Positions 23,593 to 37,441 of a stretch of 64,000 bases of DNA are shown piece by piece. This DNA is from Patellaria atrata CBS 101060 (lineage: Eukaryota): positions 2,901,561-2,965,560 of the forward strand of contig MU006089.1 in the NCBI GenBank assembly GCA_010093705.1. Reading direction: 5' to 3'. Both the position numbers and the translations under genes were made by a program. The notes under the pieces were generated by a model that worked only from the letters and a program-made list of their open reading frames with translations, had not been told where the DNA came from and searched no databases. Numbering within the stretch: position 1 is the stretch's first letter; every line of letters begins with the position of its first letter.

Positions 23593-26500
23593 TCACAGCT
23601 CATCATCCTCCTCCGTCCCAGCAAACCGCCAATCCTCACACCCAGCGAACGCACCCTCGCTACTCTCCGCCTTACCAGCGCCAAAGCCCTTAGCCTGCCA
23701 CTTCTCGACGCCCTCGACGCCCTTGAGGTCCTCCCCAAAGCGAGAAAACAAATCCGCGTTCAGCTTCTCGTATTCGCCATACTGCCTCGGCCAAGCGCCG
23801 AGACGCTGATACGCGAGTTTAAGCAATTTCATGTTCCGCTGAACGTACGGGCCCTTATCGAAATCGAGGGTGTCGACCGAGTTCCCGAGGCCGTTATGCG
23901 TGGACCCGTTGACCGAGACGCCGTGTTCGGTCAGTATTGCGGCCGTAGACTCGAGCTCGTCGTCGTCTTCCTCCTCCGTCGTGCCCTCGTACACGATCAT
24001 CTTGAGCAGTTCCTCGCGCACCGAGAGGGCCTTCTTGAAATACTCCCGCGGCAGCGCCTGCGCCGCTTTGTCCGCGCCGGCTTTTTCTTGGTACTGAAGT
24101 CCCACGGAGGTGTAGAGCTGGCAGAGGAGGTCATAGATCTCGAGGGTGGCCGGGTGCCGGATCCCGTGTACGCGTCGCATGTTGTAGGCGATGTCTTCGC
24201 AGAGGCGGAGCGCTTTGATGAAGTTGCCGGTGAGGAAGCGGGCACAGACGAGGCGGCGACCGAGGCCGAGGAGGACTTCGGAGGGCCAGGAGCGTTGGGC
24301 GTCGCGGGTGTTCCAGAGGGCGGAAAGGAGAGACTGGAATATCTGTGTTAGAAAACATGCCAAAGTAGGGATGAAAGGGGGTTGGGTTATGCTTACCTCG
24401 AGGGTCTCGTAATCTTTCTGCTCTCCTAGCAATTTCGCGATTTGGTTCAATTCGTCGAGTTGGATCTGAGCGAAGTTGAGATTTCGCTTCTTGCAAATGG
24501 CGAATATGGCCTTGACAATTTCATTGGACAGTTTGAGCATCTTCTGGCGAAGAGCCTGGTCTGTAGGCTTCGCTCCGTCGCGTCCGGCTAACAGCAATGC
24601 GAGCTCGAAGCCTTTGCTGATAGAGTTAGTCCCATCGTAGCCATTGTGCTTCGTTGCGAAGGTGAAGGCGAATCTAGCGACGTCCAACGCTTCAGCGAAT
24701 TGCTTCTCGCGCATGAGTGTCGCAACATGATCGTTGGATGCGAGAATAACCGATCGGACGAAATCTGTGACCTTTCTTGCTCCAAGGTATTTGATGATTG
24801 TGACAACAAATACACGGGAAGACTTCTTAGAGATAATCTCGATAGAGTCGAACTCTTCCTTGACGATCAGGTCCGTGATGTCCTCCTCCAGCACGTCGAG
24901 AGTCATTGTACGCTTCTTCCTAATAAGTAGTAGCCTCAAGGGCGCCGCAGCAGTCAGCAGATTATCAGTAGTAAACTTTTGAGACTTGATAATCCGCCGA
25001 ACATTCTCGAAATGGAAATACTCAGCAAAGATATCAGCCAACACTTCAGTAAACGTGAGCTGAACTTCGGTTTGGAGCTCATACTCAAGTCCGGCCAAGA
25101 ACAGAAGAGATGAGCGGCTGCATATGGTAACATCGAAGGAGAAAGCAGTAGTCTTGCGAACGCGCTTCCCAATGATCTGGACGTGCAAGTGTTCAATAAG
25201 TTCACGCAGGGCCTGTTCTTGCTTGACAAGTATGAATGTCTGCGCAATGTGAGTAGCGCATTGCGTCAACTTCTCAGAAGAAGTCTCGCTGGTGATGATC
25301 GAGACAGTTGCTGATGTCAACTCCTTGATAATTACCTCTTTCTTCTCTTGCCTTGAATAGAGAAGAAGTAGTTCGCGCATTTGGGAAAGTGTTGTGACGC
25401 TCGAGTAACCATATTTCCTTTTCACCTCAGAGAATTCCTCTGAATAGAAGCTTACTGCCTTCTCAATGGTTTCGGAACTCACTGTATTGATAGTAGTAGT
25501 CACCTGCTTGGTGTACAAAGTCGTCAAAGATTTCTTAATTTCGGTCCTCTTCGTTGAGGAGACCGACTCAGAGTTAGAAATTTCCTCATACAAGCTGATA
25601 GCTTGTTTGCTGTACTTCTCACTGCGGTGAGAGATTTGTGCAAGTGACAAAGTAGCTTCGACATGAATGGCTGAAGAGGCTCCAAAGACGGTCTTCGTAG
25701 TTTCACGGTATTCACTCGCTACCTTGTGGATCACTTCTATCTCGGTATGGGTTTCCTCTAAGCATTGCATGTAACGTTCGTAAGTGTGCTTCACGAAGTC
25801 AATCTCCGTGAATTTCTTATAGCCCTTGGACTTAGCCACAAACGTTGCCCAAAGCACTGCATAGACAGTGACTGCTTCAGCATATCGTCTGTCTTCCCAG
25901 TAATGAGTGCAAACAATGATCAGGGCATCCATTGCATCGTGGTGGCAGATAGTCGAATCCTTGTTGAGCACAATCAGAATTTGCTGGTAATAATCAACCC
26001 AATAAGGATGATTCCGCGCGTGGTGTCGGCAACGAGAACCCAACGTATAGAGAATCTTGATGGTGAACTTATGGTTCGCACCGAGGACTCTCCTGGCAGT
26101 CACAAGAATCTCTTGATATACACCGATTGCCTTGTCCGGGAACCCATGTGTGTCGTAGAAATTAATGATTAGCGTGACGACCTTGTCGAACAGGGAATCC
26201 TCCAACTTCCTGGAAACTAGAACAGCTTGGAAGAGACGCAAATAGACGTCTTCAACTTTCTCATAAGCTTTTAGCTTGAGATAGCATTCTACCAGGTACT
26301 CCACGAGTTCAATAGACTCTTGTGTGAATGTTGATGTGAAGCTCACTGTTTGAACACTCTCAGAAAAGAAGGAAATCCAAGTACGCTTAAGAGTTGATCG
26401 GATAATAGAGACCGCCTCGGAGTAATTCTGTTCTTCAATGTACTGCAAGGTCAACTTCTTTGCTAACACTAAAGTCGTTGACTCGATCTTTGTCGACGTA

Positions 26501-29500
26501 TCCGTAATCAAAGATTGGAATACACTCCTGAAAGTCGACCTGGATACATTCGTTGTGCTCTCAATAATTTCGGTGCTAGAGAGACTTTGTTTGACTACCT
26601 CTGTTGAAGTAACCGTAATCTGTTCCTGGATTTCCTTAAATGAGCTAGATTCCTCGCGGCGAACACGCTTGTAGTAGGACTTCGTATGCTCAAAGATCGA
26701 TAAAGCAATGGTGTAGCTTGACACCGACTTAAGGACTTTAGCAACCTCCGTTAATCGAAAAACGATAGATTCCGAGAAAGATAACTCGTGATGCTCATAT
26801 TCCTGCCATAGGGAAATAAGAATAGTGCTGGTCTCCGTGATACGCTTTTGCTCCTTCAAAAACTTGGAATAGCTGAGTGTGATTTCAATGTTCTTCTCGT
26901 GCCACACAATCTGTCGAGTAGTGCGGCATCGAGACAGAACCTTCTGCCATAGCTCAATATACGTCAACTCAGCTAAGAAGAAATCACCGCGAGCGATGAA
27001 TCTCTCCACCCTCTTGATGAAAATCTCGATGTGATGGAGTTCAAGGACTTCCATGATTTCAAATTCATCTTCCTCAACGATAATGTCGTCTTTGTATGGC
27101 TCAATCGATTCATTATCCTTGAGTTTACCGAGTACGATTTCGAGGGATGCAGCAATCCCTCGAGCTTCACGTGAATCTTTCCCATATTGATTCTCTGTCT
27201 TTTCTTTAATGCGGATCCATATTTCACTGGCCTTTTCTTCCTCATGGATCGAAGTATATAGTTCGGCTAAAGTGGTTTCAGTCTGGATGACAATTTCAGA
27301 TTCAGCTCCGAATTGACGAGTATACGCCTTGATGAGAATGTGCAGTATCTGTTCCTTGTAGGTTACAATCTCAGCCTTTGTAGTAATTTTGATTGTCTTT
27401 GTTATTCGAAGGAAGCGGGTGGCACATTCGATAGTAAGACTATGATATTCACTGAAGATATCACGACTCAGCGTCGTAGCCTGGTAGTAGTATTTGCTAG
27501 CTTCCGTGGTATTGGACAAGAGATCGTAGTAGGTTGCGATAGTGACAATAGACTGAAGAACCGCTGGAGACTTCTCGGTTAGAATTGTGCGTCGTATATC
27601 CCTCGTAAAGATATGAAGCTCGATGACCATCACAGTCGGTAGCTCAGTCTCCCAGGTAGATCTTTCAAGCAATGTGAGGGCTGTAGAGTCTGGGAAAACT
27701 TGTTTCAGGGTATCTGGAAGGACAAAGTTCCCAGCCTTATCTTTAGGAATCGATATTGTGCGAAGGTGAGTCGCCCAGTACCTGACAACATACTCCAAAA
27801 GCCTGTATTGCTGGAAGAGTTTCGTGACGTGCACATACGGGAGAGGTTCATACGCTGGTTCACGTTGGTCTTTGAGGGTATACTTCGCGTATGCTAAAGT
27901 CCTGAGCACGAGATCCATTTGAGCGTCCTTATTCGGGACGGCATATGTACCCTGAGAAATAACTTGTGCAAGGGATGTTTGAACCGAACGATGGCGAATC
28001 CATACGATGTCTTCATGAAATCCAAGAATTGGCTTCATGGGTTTGAGAAGTCTCCAGACGTCAACGTTCCGGTCGACGATGGTCTTATTCTGGAGGTCTA
28101 CAGAGAGCAAAGCCTTTAATTCTGCAAAGGTCAATGGACGTTGGCTATATGTAAGCCATGACAACATTGATCGGATGTCATTGTTTGGTTCTAGCATCGT
28201 TGCTAACCTTGTGCTCAAATCCTGGATCGAGGGTCGGGATTTCTCTGCTGTATCTAGGGTCTTGTTGAACGCCTCCCCAGATTTCTCCAGCGTCAGAACT
28301 TCGCATAGTAGCAACGCCCATATGAAAGAACCATTTGCAGCCTCAATGATTCGGTTGAGGATAGTCTCCTGTAGAGGACCTGACCTGACCCTGAAGTACT
28401 GACATTCACACATCTCTCTCAACGCAATAGCGTGAAGGTCATCTCTGATATCGTCATCCGTGATCCTGAGATGAGACCCATCGGTGCGTGATGGTGCTTT
28501 CAGCGGTTTGGATAGGGAGATCAACCTTACGCCCTTCCCTCGAGCGGCAATATTAACAAGCCTTTCGAGCACTGCTTCTGGTGACGTTTGGTTGTCACAA
28601 AGCTCATCCAGTCCATCAATCACGAGAACCAATTCCTTAGTTGTTTCGTCTGAATATTCAACAGCCTCGGCGAGAGCATCCCAAAGGTTCTCTTCGTAGT
28701 CCTTCAAAGAGGATTGATGGATTGAACGCTGATACGCATTCGCAATAGCTTGATACACTGAAATGTTACCAGTGCGCTGGTTCAGGAGTTGGTAAAGAAG
28801 AGATTTAGCAATCTGGATAGAGGTAGCTTGCGCAGGAATAGAGGCATCTTAAAGTAACATTAGCTTTCATCACACATCACCATCGGTTCACGAGGACTTA
28901 CTGATAGAATAGAAAAGTGTTGTGAATGTCTTTTTGTTAATCGGCCGCTGAAGCCTATCGGCGATCGAGGCAGATAAGATTGTCTTTCCAGAACCAGATT
29001 CTCCAGTTATAAGTAAAAACTTATTGTTGCTTTGAACGAATCGTGAAAGATGCTTTTGGAACCACAAGCCAGTGAAATCTGCTTGATGGTCTGCGAGCGT
29101 AGTGTGGTCCTGGCTTAAGATTCGGCTGACGTGATCTTGCGGAGACAACCATCGATCGAGGACGTCCACTTTGATAACTTCTTCCAACCCGACACCTTGA
29201 CGGTCAAGCTGATACTTCCAGATCTCCTCTACGATCTCGTTACGGCGGGATCTGAAGGTCTGTATCGTATCACCAAAAGTCTCGTACAAGTCAAGACTCG
29301 CAGAGGCAGATATCAAGCCTTCAACTTGTTAACCAAAAGAATAATGGCGAATTTTTACTAATGCTGCACATACCATGAACAGTTTTGTGAAGTTTGATAG
29401 CGACCTCAGTCACCAAAGTTATGAGATCGGTGTACATCAAACATAGCTGCTCCCGTGTCTTGTAAGTCACTGCGAGGACGCTTTCCCGTCCAAGCAGAGT

Positions 29501-30149
29501 TGAGACCGTCAATGAGCATTTGTAAAAGAAGTCGAATACGTGGTCAAGTGCTTCAGAGTTCGAGTGTCCAAGCTTTGTAAGGTTAGCTTTCGAAAAGCTA
29601 GGAATTGAACAACTTTCTACTGACCTCTAGAAGGAGACGGGCATGTCCATAACCTATGTTTGCTGCTATACCGCTGTCTACAGCGAATTCCTTGACAGCG
29701 CGGTCAAAACAATTCAACTGTTCAGCAAAGTATTGAGCTCGAATCAAGACCTTGTCGTATCTACTTCCTTTGTGAGGAAGGCTGGACAAGCGCTCAGTTC
29801 GAATGTATCCAATAAAACTGACGAAGTCAGTGTTGATGATACCATTCGAGACACCAGCACCAAGTTCAGACAAACTCCGTTTCTTGAGTGCAATAGCTGT
29901 GTCCTGCGCGGAGTTGATCCTGTCGCCCCCATTATACTGAGAGCGGCGAATCTGAGTAGAGCTAAGGTTCCGGTTGTGGGAAGTTACTAGGCTGCTCTGC
30001 GAAGAGATCCTACTAATGCCAGGCCTGGGACGTTTGCTGATTCCAGGCGATGAGGGACTGGGAGAGAAATAGCCAGTACCATTGGTACCTTTGCTGAAAC
30101 CATTTGCATGGCCCGGTGTTGACGGCCTGAGACCTAAAGGAGTGGTCAT
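23593..30149 (-). CDS. Large NACHT-domain + TPR-like repeat protein (NLR-like STAND ATPase), ~2110 aa, 5 exons
   Basis: Walker A GESGSGKT; Walker B LVLVIDGLDE; AANGSFIWA; RPLTFAEL; long helical TPR-like C-terminus. Introns 29573-29624, 29319-29373, 28848-28901 and in-frame 24334-24396. Confidence 0.88.
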
Positions 30150-33135
30150 AGTTTCTGAAAGATTTGAGGGTGGTTCTTCTGGAACTTGTGGTTGGATGGT
30201 TTGCTTTGGTATCTCTTGTGAGGGTGTTCTCTTAAGATCCTTTTCTACTGGGATCTTTGGAACCGGACGTGGGCCCTCCTCTTTGATTTGTTCTTGAGTT
30301 GGGTTTTCGTTATTACGCGGATGTTTGGTGCGTTTTCCTATGCTCTATGAGTCTTCTCCTCAGAGGAACAGGTAAAGATAAATGATGACGAACGGAAAGG
30401 ATTATGCCTAAGTCCAAGTGTGTGCATCAGGTTTGGAAAGCAACAGCAAGAAGCATCTGTATCACCTCGACACCTGCGGCCCATAAATGTCTTTCTGGAA
30501 GTGAGGAGAAATTGGATTAGGGGGAAATATAGTTCTGGATTATCAGACGACACTACATCCGTTTACATGTTTATCAACCCATTCTGGTCTGGTTTAATCT
30601 CTCTGTCGAGCGTCTGCGGTTCTGTGGAGTGCTGAATCGGAGATATTGTCGATCATCTATTTTACCAATAGCAGTATACATTGCGAGAGGTCTCTCCAAT
30701 AGAGTTGTCGCAGTCGTGCGGAGAATGCATCACGGCGCATCAATCATGAGCCGGACATGCTGGATTACCGTCCTCAGTCCCTAAACGTACAAATTGGGCT
30801 CTTCACGTCTCCACTGTTCAGCCAGCCATGAGGTCGACGAAAACTCCAACCATCGAACCAGAGCAACATGCTTGTCGAGTCCTGTCCAATCGGCTGACAG
30901 CTTGGGGGTCTTATGCGATGCGGCTCCTGTGGCTGGCTGGTTATCCCAAAACGGACAGTTGCTTTTAAGTATTCGGATAAGATTGGCGGTACAGCAACAA
31001 GTCGTCAGCTGAATATAGTAAAAGCTAACGAGCAATAACATCCAGAGTCCAGATAATGCATCTCCTAGTTTAAATTTCCCCTCTATATTCCTCTTCACAG
31101 TGGGAACACCTGTCTATATAGCGCCTAAGCCATGCAGGATTGCAGTTTGTACGTACGCAGGCATCCTCCAAGATCGTGATCGTAGGGATCAATTGATCGT
31201 AGAGGAAAGTGGAGGCCGCGTATCATGTTCCGGCGGTCAGTTGTGACTAGAAGTAGAGGTGCAGTTTGTTTAAGAGTTCGTCGAATTTACGTTCTGGTAA
31301 GCTAGCAGCCTTTAACTCTGCTAGCAGATGAAATCACCAATGAATCTGAGGCTCTAACGGTACGATCCGTAGTGTCCGCAAATGTGGTAGTATAGCTAGG
31401 GAGGCCACAATAAGATCTGACCCGTAGGCATATAATTACTTTTATTATTCCTGCATGCAAATCAGCTACCTCATACTTTGTAACCCCTCCCGCTGCTGAA
31501 GAGCAAATTTACCTTGACGGCGATCATCCGATGCTTTCTATGGCGTAATCTCCAATTCTAGCTGGTGTAGGGACTATCCTGCCCGTCTCGGCGTGCCAGG
31601 TTCGGAAGGTCCGGAACCGAGCACTTTATTTCAATGTCCAAGGGGACCTTTTTCAGCCATGCAAATTATTAACACGATAGGCTCAATACATTCCAAACAG
31701 CAACGAGCTGAACTGGAAAAGAAAAGGGCCGTCAAATTGTATCATGGACCTCTCTTCTGGGTTTGGTGGCTGAATAGACAATTTTTGCCCGTCGATCTGC
31801 CCGTGTCTAGATTCCAGCCATGATTAGCCATCTAGGTGCTCGTTATCACCTTTACATCCGGAGAACACGAATCTTGCTCATGATGAACTGATCAATAGCA
31901 TATCGGTAGTTCTATAGCTCTGTGGCTTTCAAAACCTTTTTGAAAGTAAGAGAGGAATAGGGGGACTCACTAACGTAGTTCTATCAGCTCTCCTGAACGA
32001 ATCAGAATTCTATTTCATCCCCGTGGGACAGAATGGAAATGGGAGCTCCTTTTCTCATCAAGACAGTCATGAAAAAGAAGAAACAGAATAATCGGGGCAT
32101 ATCAGTCAAAGATCTCAAGGTTTGGGAACCTACAGTGAAATAGCATTGAATTCTGGGGATACCTACCACAGTACTATTCTTTCTAATCACCGTAACTCTC
32201 CTTTGTCACTTAACGGTCGTTCTACATATGAACTAGAATAACTGAGCAAATGGCCAGAAAGCGATCCTGTACAGACACATTAAAAGTGCATAATCCCTCA
32301 GCCAAAAACGGCTGTCAAAATGTACCAGCCGTTGCAAAGGAAGAGAGAAGTCCACCACAGCCATCCTCATCGGCGTAAAAGTCACTGGTGGAAAATCTTA
32401 AGCTTTTAACATGCAGTCTCTCTTCTTTTCTAGAGAAGAACATCCACGGTTCAACGTAGAACTACACTAATCTAACACCAACGTACAGGTCACGCCGGCA
32501 CTCCCCCGCATTCTTTGTTCCAACTACCGTCAACTAAGCCGTTACCTTACTCAGTTACTCTAAACTCGGTATGAATATCGGTATTGCACCTCACTGGTCA
32601 GTTTTACTTCTACAGGTACTGTGAGAACAAAGATACAATCCGCGAGATCACATTAGATACCGAAACACACCGTACAACCATACTGTAAACTAAGGGACAT
32701 AGATGTCTAACAGATATCTTTCCTCACCAAACCCTATTTTCCTGCTATATTATATCTAAGAGTGCCTTATCCCTTCAATATACCGCGCTCCAACGGCTCT
32801 AGCATGTGAAAAGAGCTCAGCTCAACCATCCACAATCCCTCCTCCAGTACCTTAGTCAATCTTCTCGGATCTCTCGGCAAGACTATACTAACAGCATCGA
32901 ACCACGGTTCGATCAACTAGCTCACAGTGACAAGATACTTCTCACAATCCAACCTAAATGACGTGTACTTGTCTCCAAAAGTAGACTAAACGAATAAGAG
33001 TCTCTCACTGCCGACTACAGCACACACGGCTAACAATGCAACTCCATAGGTGTCTAAACCAGATCTCACTATCCCCGGGTACTTATCTCGCAGGAACGAG
33101 AGTTGCAGACCTACCCAATAGACAAACCAAACAGG

Positions 33136-33712
33136 AATAGTTTCTAATGCTCCGAGACGATCAAAATTCAGTTTCGAATACCCAACTGCGGTTTCAAATA
33201 CCATTACAGTTTCGAATGCCTACTTGGCGCTGTTTTGTAAGATTCAGCTACTGGATCGGTGCTTCGGTATCATGGAGCACCGCAGAAGAGGTAAAGTTCA
33301 TTTTTAGCTATTTTAAAGCGCTGAGTTTTCGCTATCATAACAATAAAGCGAGCCGTTTGTTCAAAGGCCCAACGAGCCAAAGACCAGCAACCTGTGCAAA
33401 GACGACAGGAGCCATATGTTTAACACGATCAAGACGAGCCATCTGTTCAAGACGACGGGAGCTATCTGTTCAAGACCTGGACGAGCCATCTGTTCAAGAA
33501 ACAGCTATACAACAGTTAAAAACGGTGACACCAAATCGTCAAAATTTATCTACATTAGCCTCTTTGCGGTACTTGTGATACCGAAGTACCGACTGCGTGG
33601 CTGAATCTTACAAAACAGCGCCAAGTACGCATTCGAAACTGTAATGGTATTTGAAATTGCAGTTGGGTATTCGAAACTGAATTTTGATCATCTCGGAGCA
33701 TTAGAAACTATT
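33136..33712. mobile_element. Non-autonomous foldback/MITE-like element with ~160-bp terminal inverted repeats
   Basis: Left arm aatagtttctaatgctccgagacgatcaaaattcagtttcgaatacccaactgc... is the near-perfect reverse complement of the right arm ...gcagttgggtattcgaaactgaattttgatcatctcggagcattagaaactatt; internal tandem gagccatctgttcaagac units; no transposase. Confidence 0.85.
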
Positions 33713-34476
33713 TCGCCAAACCAGATCCCTCTTATGATCTCACCTAACGGTCAGGATGATGTTAAGGTACTGCAGTCTGTAGATCTCACAACACTCGTCC
33801 TAACGATCACTTACAGTAAACCGCATAGACAGCTACCATCTAGAGCCAACTATAATCCGCCATACACCTAACCTACCCAAAAGACAAGCAGATCCCTCTT
33901 ATGATCTAAGAGTCAAGACTCAGGACTCAGGACTCGATTATAGATCTTACCAACCCGCCCCAAGTCCTCACTAACAGTAACCCGCATTAGCCTCCAACAC
34001 ACTCTGGGCCAGCAACCCGGATCTGCAAAACTGACTGCATGAGTCCATCACTCGGTGGCGCTATCCGTAAAGTAAAACACTTAGGTCAAAACTCGCTACC
34101 AACCCCACAAACAAAAGTCTGCAGATCTCATACTGTAGATACCGATGAGATTAAGATAAGGTCTTCGCTACCAAAGCTAAGCTAATAGCACAGACTGCAC
34201 TACCTACGACTAATCTACTTCCTCCCCAATTTCCCGCCATCTCTAACCTAAACGCTTCCCAATCCCCCTCTCCAATCATCCCAAGCACAATCGCTATTTT
34301 CGCAATCCAACGAACAGCTACCCCATAGTTCCGGAACCCCCCGAACCAATCATAACGAAGTCCCAAAGGTACCACAACCCCACAACCCAATGCTCCAGTT
34401 CATAAGTTCGTTACGCACGGGCATGTTCGAAAAATCCCCACACCACACCTGCCATTACGACTCTCCAGCTCGTTGC

Positions 34477-35928
34477 TTAAAGCTCCGAATAAGCACCACT
34501 TCTAACCCGCTTCCCCGCGGCCTCTCCACTCTTCTCCAACACGTCACCCTCACGCTTCGTGCCCTTCCCGCTCTTCGTGCGTTGCCATTTGTCGAAGGGA
34601 CCTGAGCTCGTCCGCTTGATGGGAGGCATGGGAGACACCGGTTCCACTGGCGTGACGGGGGACACGGCATCCTTCTTCGCGCGCGACCGTGTGGCACGTA
34701 CGGTGGAAGGTGGAGTGGCTGGACGGAAAGTTTGCTTGACGGGAGTGATGAGTTCGGCTTCCTCTTCGGTGACATCGGCTCCATCTGCGGTGAAAGAGCG
34801 AGGCTTGGATCGAGATAGCGTCTCGTCTATATCAGTCACAGCCTCTTCCTCCTCCGCAGCTTCACGTTCACGGAGCTGGTCTTCGCTGGGGAAGAGCAAA
34901 CGAGGCGCAATGGAGGATCTAGTAAATGGTCTATGAGCAGTTGTCGTCTTGCGAGGCCGACGGAGGTCAAAATCAGTGATGGGCTCCGGTTCATCTTCTG
35001 TGGTCACTTCTTCCACATTGCTATCCTCGAACTTGCGGAACATCTTCTTGCCTCGGCTAAAATTTTATGTTAGAAAGTTATGGGAGAATGACGGTTTAAC
35101 GGTAAGTGATCGATAAGTGACTTACAAAACGTATATGACGCCTTCATTGTTCTTTGCAGCTTCTTCCATTTCTGCATCAGCCTCGGCTGCAGCCTTATCG
35201 CGTTTAGTGGTGGCCTTCTTCTTTGGCAAAGTTTTCTTCGGACCAACAAATGGATTGTCTTCTGCTTCATCTACATCTGGTACGCGATCCTTGGAGTCGG
35301 TGTAGATCTGAATCTTGTCTGAACCTGATCCAATATCGCATTCGTCTACGAAACTGGATAGGGTGAAAGCAGCATGTCTACGCCGAGCTTTGCGAGGGGA
35401 GGGCATTGCATCCTCAACTGTAGCTGGCCTGTTGGCGAATAATATGCGAGCAGTGGCATTGACAGCTTGGTGAGTTTTTGCATTGACTTTGCGAGGCGTC
35501 TTTGAAGGTGTAGGTAGCATAGCGCCTGATTGTACAGTCAAATGCCTACTACTTCCTGACGGACCAATCATTGCATCCGAATCTGAATCATGTTCCACAA
35601 GACGTGCTTGCATGCGGGGCTTCCGCGCAGTTCTTGATGATGTACGTGTTGCTGGAGATCCAGGTGAAGAAGGTGGAGAAAATGTTTGGTTTGAAGCTCG
35701 GGTAGCCGTTCGCTTGTGCGATCGGATCGGAGTGGTTGCCCTGACGACTCTTGGAGAGCGGTAATGTGTACTGGAATCAATAGTGTTTGTTTGAGGATGT
35801 TGTGTACGTTGAGCTGCAACACGGCTCGAGCGACGGGGCGAATACGGCTCGTAAGAATCGTACCTCGGACCGTGTAGAGGTGTTGGCGGAGTACGAATTC
35901 TCGAGGGTGGTGGAGGTGTCGTTGTCAT
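34477..35928 (-). CDS. Conserved fungal hypothetical protein (S/P/R-rich, disordered), 2 exons
   Basis: MTTTPPPPSRIRTPPTPLHGP; LPTPSKTP; IQIYTDSKDRVP; EGVIYVF|RGKKMFRKF across intron ~35057-35124; RSSIAPRLLFP. Confidence 0.8.
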
Positions 35929-36500
35929 TGCAGCTAATGGCTCAATCGAAACCAACCGGGAAGGCCCTATTTATACCTGTAAATTAGCAGGCACGGAGTC
36001 CAGATGTTGTGAAGGAAGTCGTGACGAGGAGTAACAAAAACAAACGACCGGTCACGCGGTGGTATCTCGTGAAGACGTGAGAAAGCACTAATGATAAAAG
36101 TACAAATAACCAAAAGTTCCAAAAGCCTTCACTATTGTATGAAATTCGAGGAGAGTCGAGTTGAAGGGGGTGAGGTGAGATGGAATGGAAGGGTTGAACG
36201 GGTGTTGTCACCTGCCAAGAAGTGAATTGACGATGGCTGGGAAGGCCGCCAAGCCGCCATTTAGAGTGGCCGGGATTCAGCCTCATGCCTGCCAATGAGG
36301 CTCAACCACGCAGGGTAGGCATCCGCGTAAAATTCTAGAATACCAACTGACACGAACCACATGCCTTGTTGACTTTTTATGTTATCGTTTGACGTGTTGT
36401 CATACCCATACATATCACCACCGACCCCTCTAAAGACCAGCTCATCACAGTGGGTCTATAAAACCAATTCGTCTTTCAAAAGGGCCCCTCTTTCAGCACC

Positions 36501-37317
36501 ATGTCAGGAACTCTAGGCGCACCAGACATAGGGAACCTTAATATAGACTCCGATTCCGACACTTCTCTACTCTTCGACTCACCTCGCACACGGAAGAAGA
36601 AGAAACTCGCAAAAGCCGAAGCCAATGGCGTCCCCGAAGACGCATCATCCATCAACTCCAAACCCCGGCCAGAATCGCGATACACAGCCGAAGAAGCGCG
36701 CGAAGCCGCCCTAAGAAAAGAACTAGAGAGCGTACAAAACATAAACAAAGTAATAGAGAACGTCGTCGAAAGTCTCGAAAAAGCAGAGGCGAACATGGAC
36801 GTTAGTTCAACCAGTTTGTTGTATATTTCCTCCAGCTAACAATATGTGCGATCAGACCGTCTCAGGCACAATATCCTCCGCCCAAACCCTCCTCCAAACG
36901 TACACCCGTATCCTGTCCCAAACAGAGCATAACCAGCGCCTCCTCCTTTCCCGATCTTTCCACGGCGCATCGCAGGATCTCGTCGACATCGAATCGGAAG
37001 CGTTGGAGCGCCAACAAGCTGCCGAGAGAAGACAGCAGGAGGAGCAAGCGCGGCGAGAAGCGGTAATGCGGAATGCGGAAGAAGACGAGAGAAGGCGAGA
37101 GGCATCAGCTACCAAGGGAACGAGAGGGGCGAGAAGAGGCGGGCTTTCTAGTAGTAGTAGTAGTAGGGGGAGGCCGGCAAGTAGCTCGGGAGGGACAGGG
37201 TACGTGGGCGTCGGTGGCCAAGGCAGACGTGGTGGTAGGGGATCAACAAGTTCGGGAAGAGCAGGCAGCGGAATAGGAAGAGGGACGAGGGGTTCGGCGC
37301 GGGGACGAAGTACATGA
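36501..37317 (+). CDS. DUO1: DASH/Dam1 complex subunit Duo1, 2 exons
   Basis: REAALRKELESVQNINKVIENVVESLEKAEANMD|TVSGTISSAQTLLQTYTRILSQTEHNQRLLL; intron 36801-36855; RG-rich tail. Confidence 0.88.
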
Positions 37318-37441
37318 AAAATACGATGTGCTATGGGGTCCTGAACGAGGATGAAAACAACGATATATAGACGGCACTATGATACCCAGGCGCGTTTCCA
37401 GGAATCGAAATAAATTACACGCAGTACTTACATTTTGCACC

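Noticed and set aside
33350..33500. Short repeats with variable spacing resembling a CRISPR array
   Set aside because: Eukaryotic context, spacers only a few bases long, no cas genes; this is a minisatellite inside the MITE.
33147..33871. ORFs 33147-33578, 32986-33204 and 33644-33871, two with near-identical N-termini
   Set aside because: Artefacts of the MITE inverted repeats, not paralogous genes.
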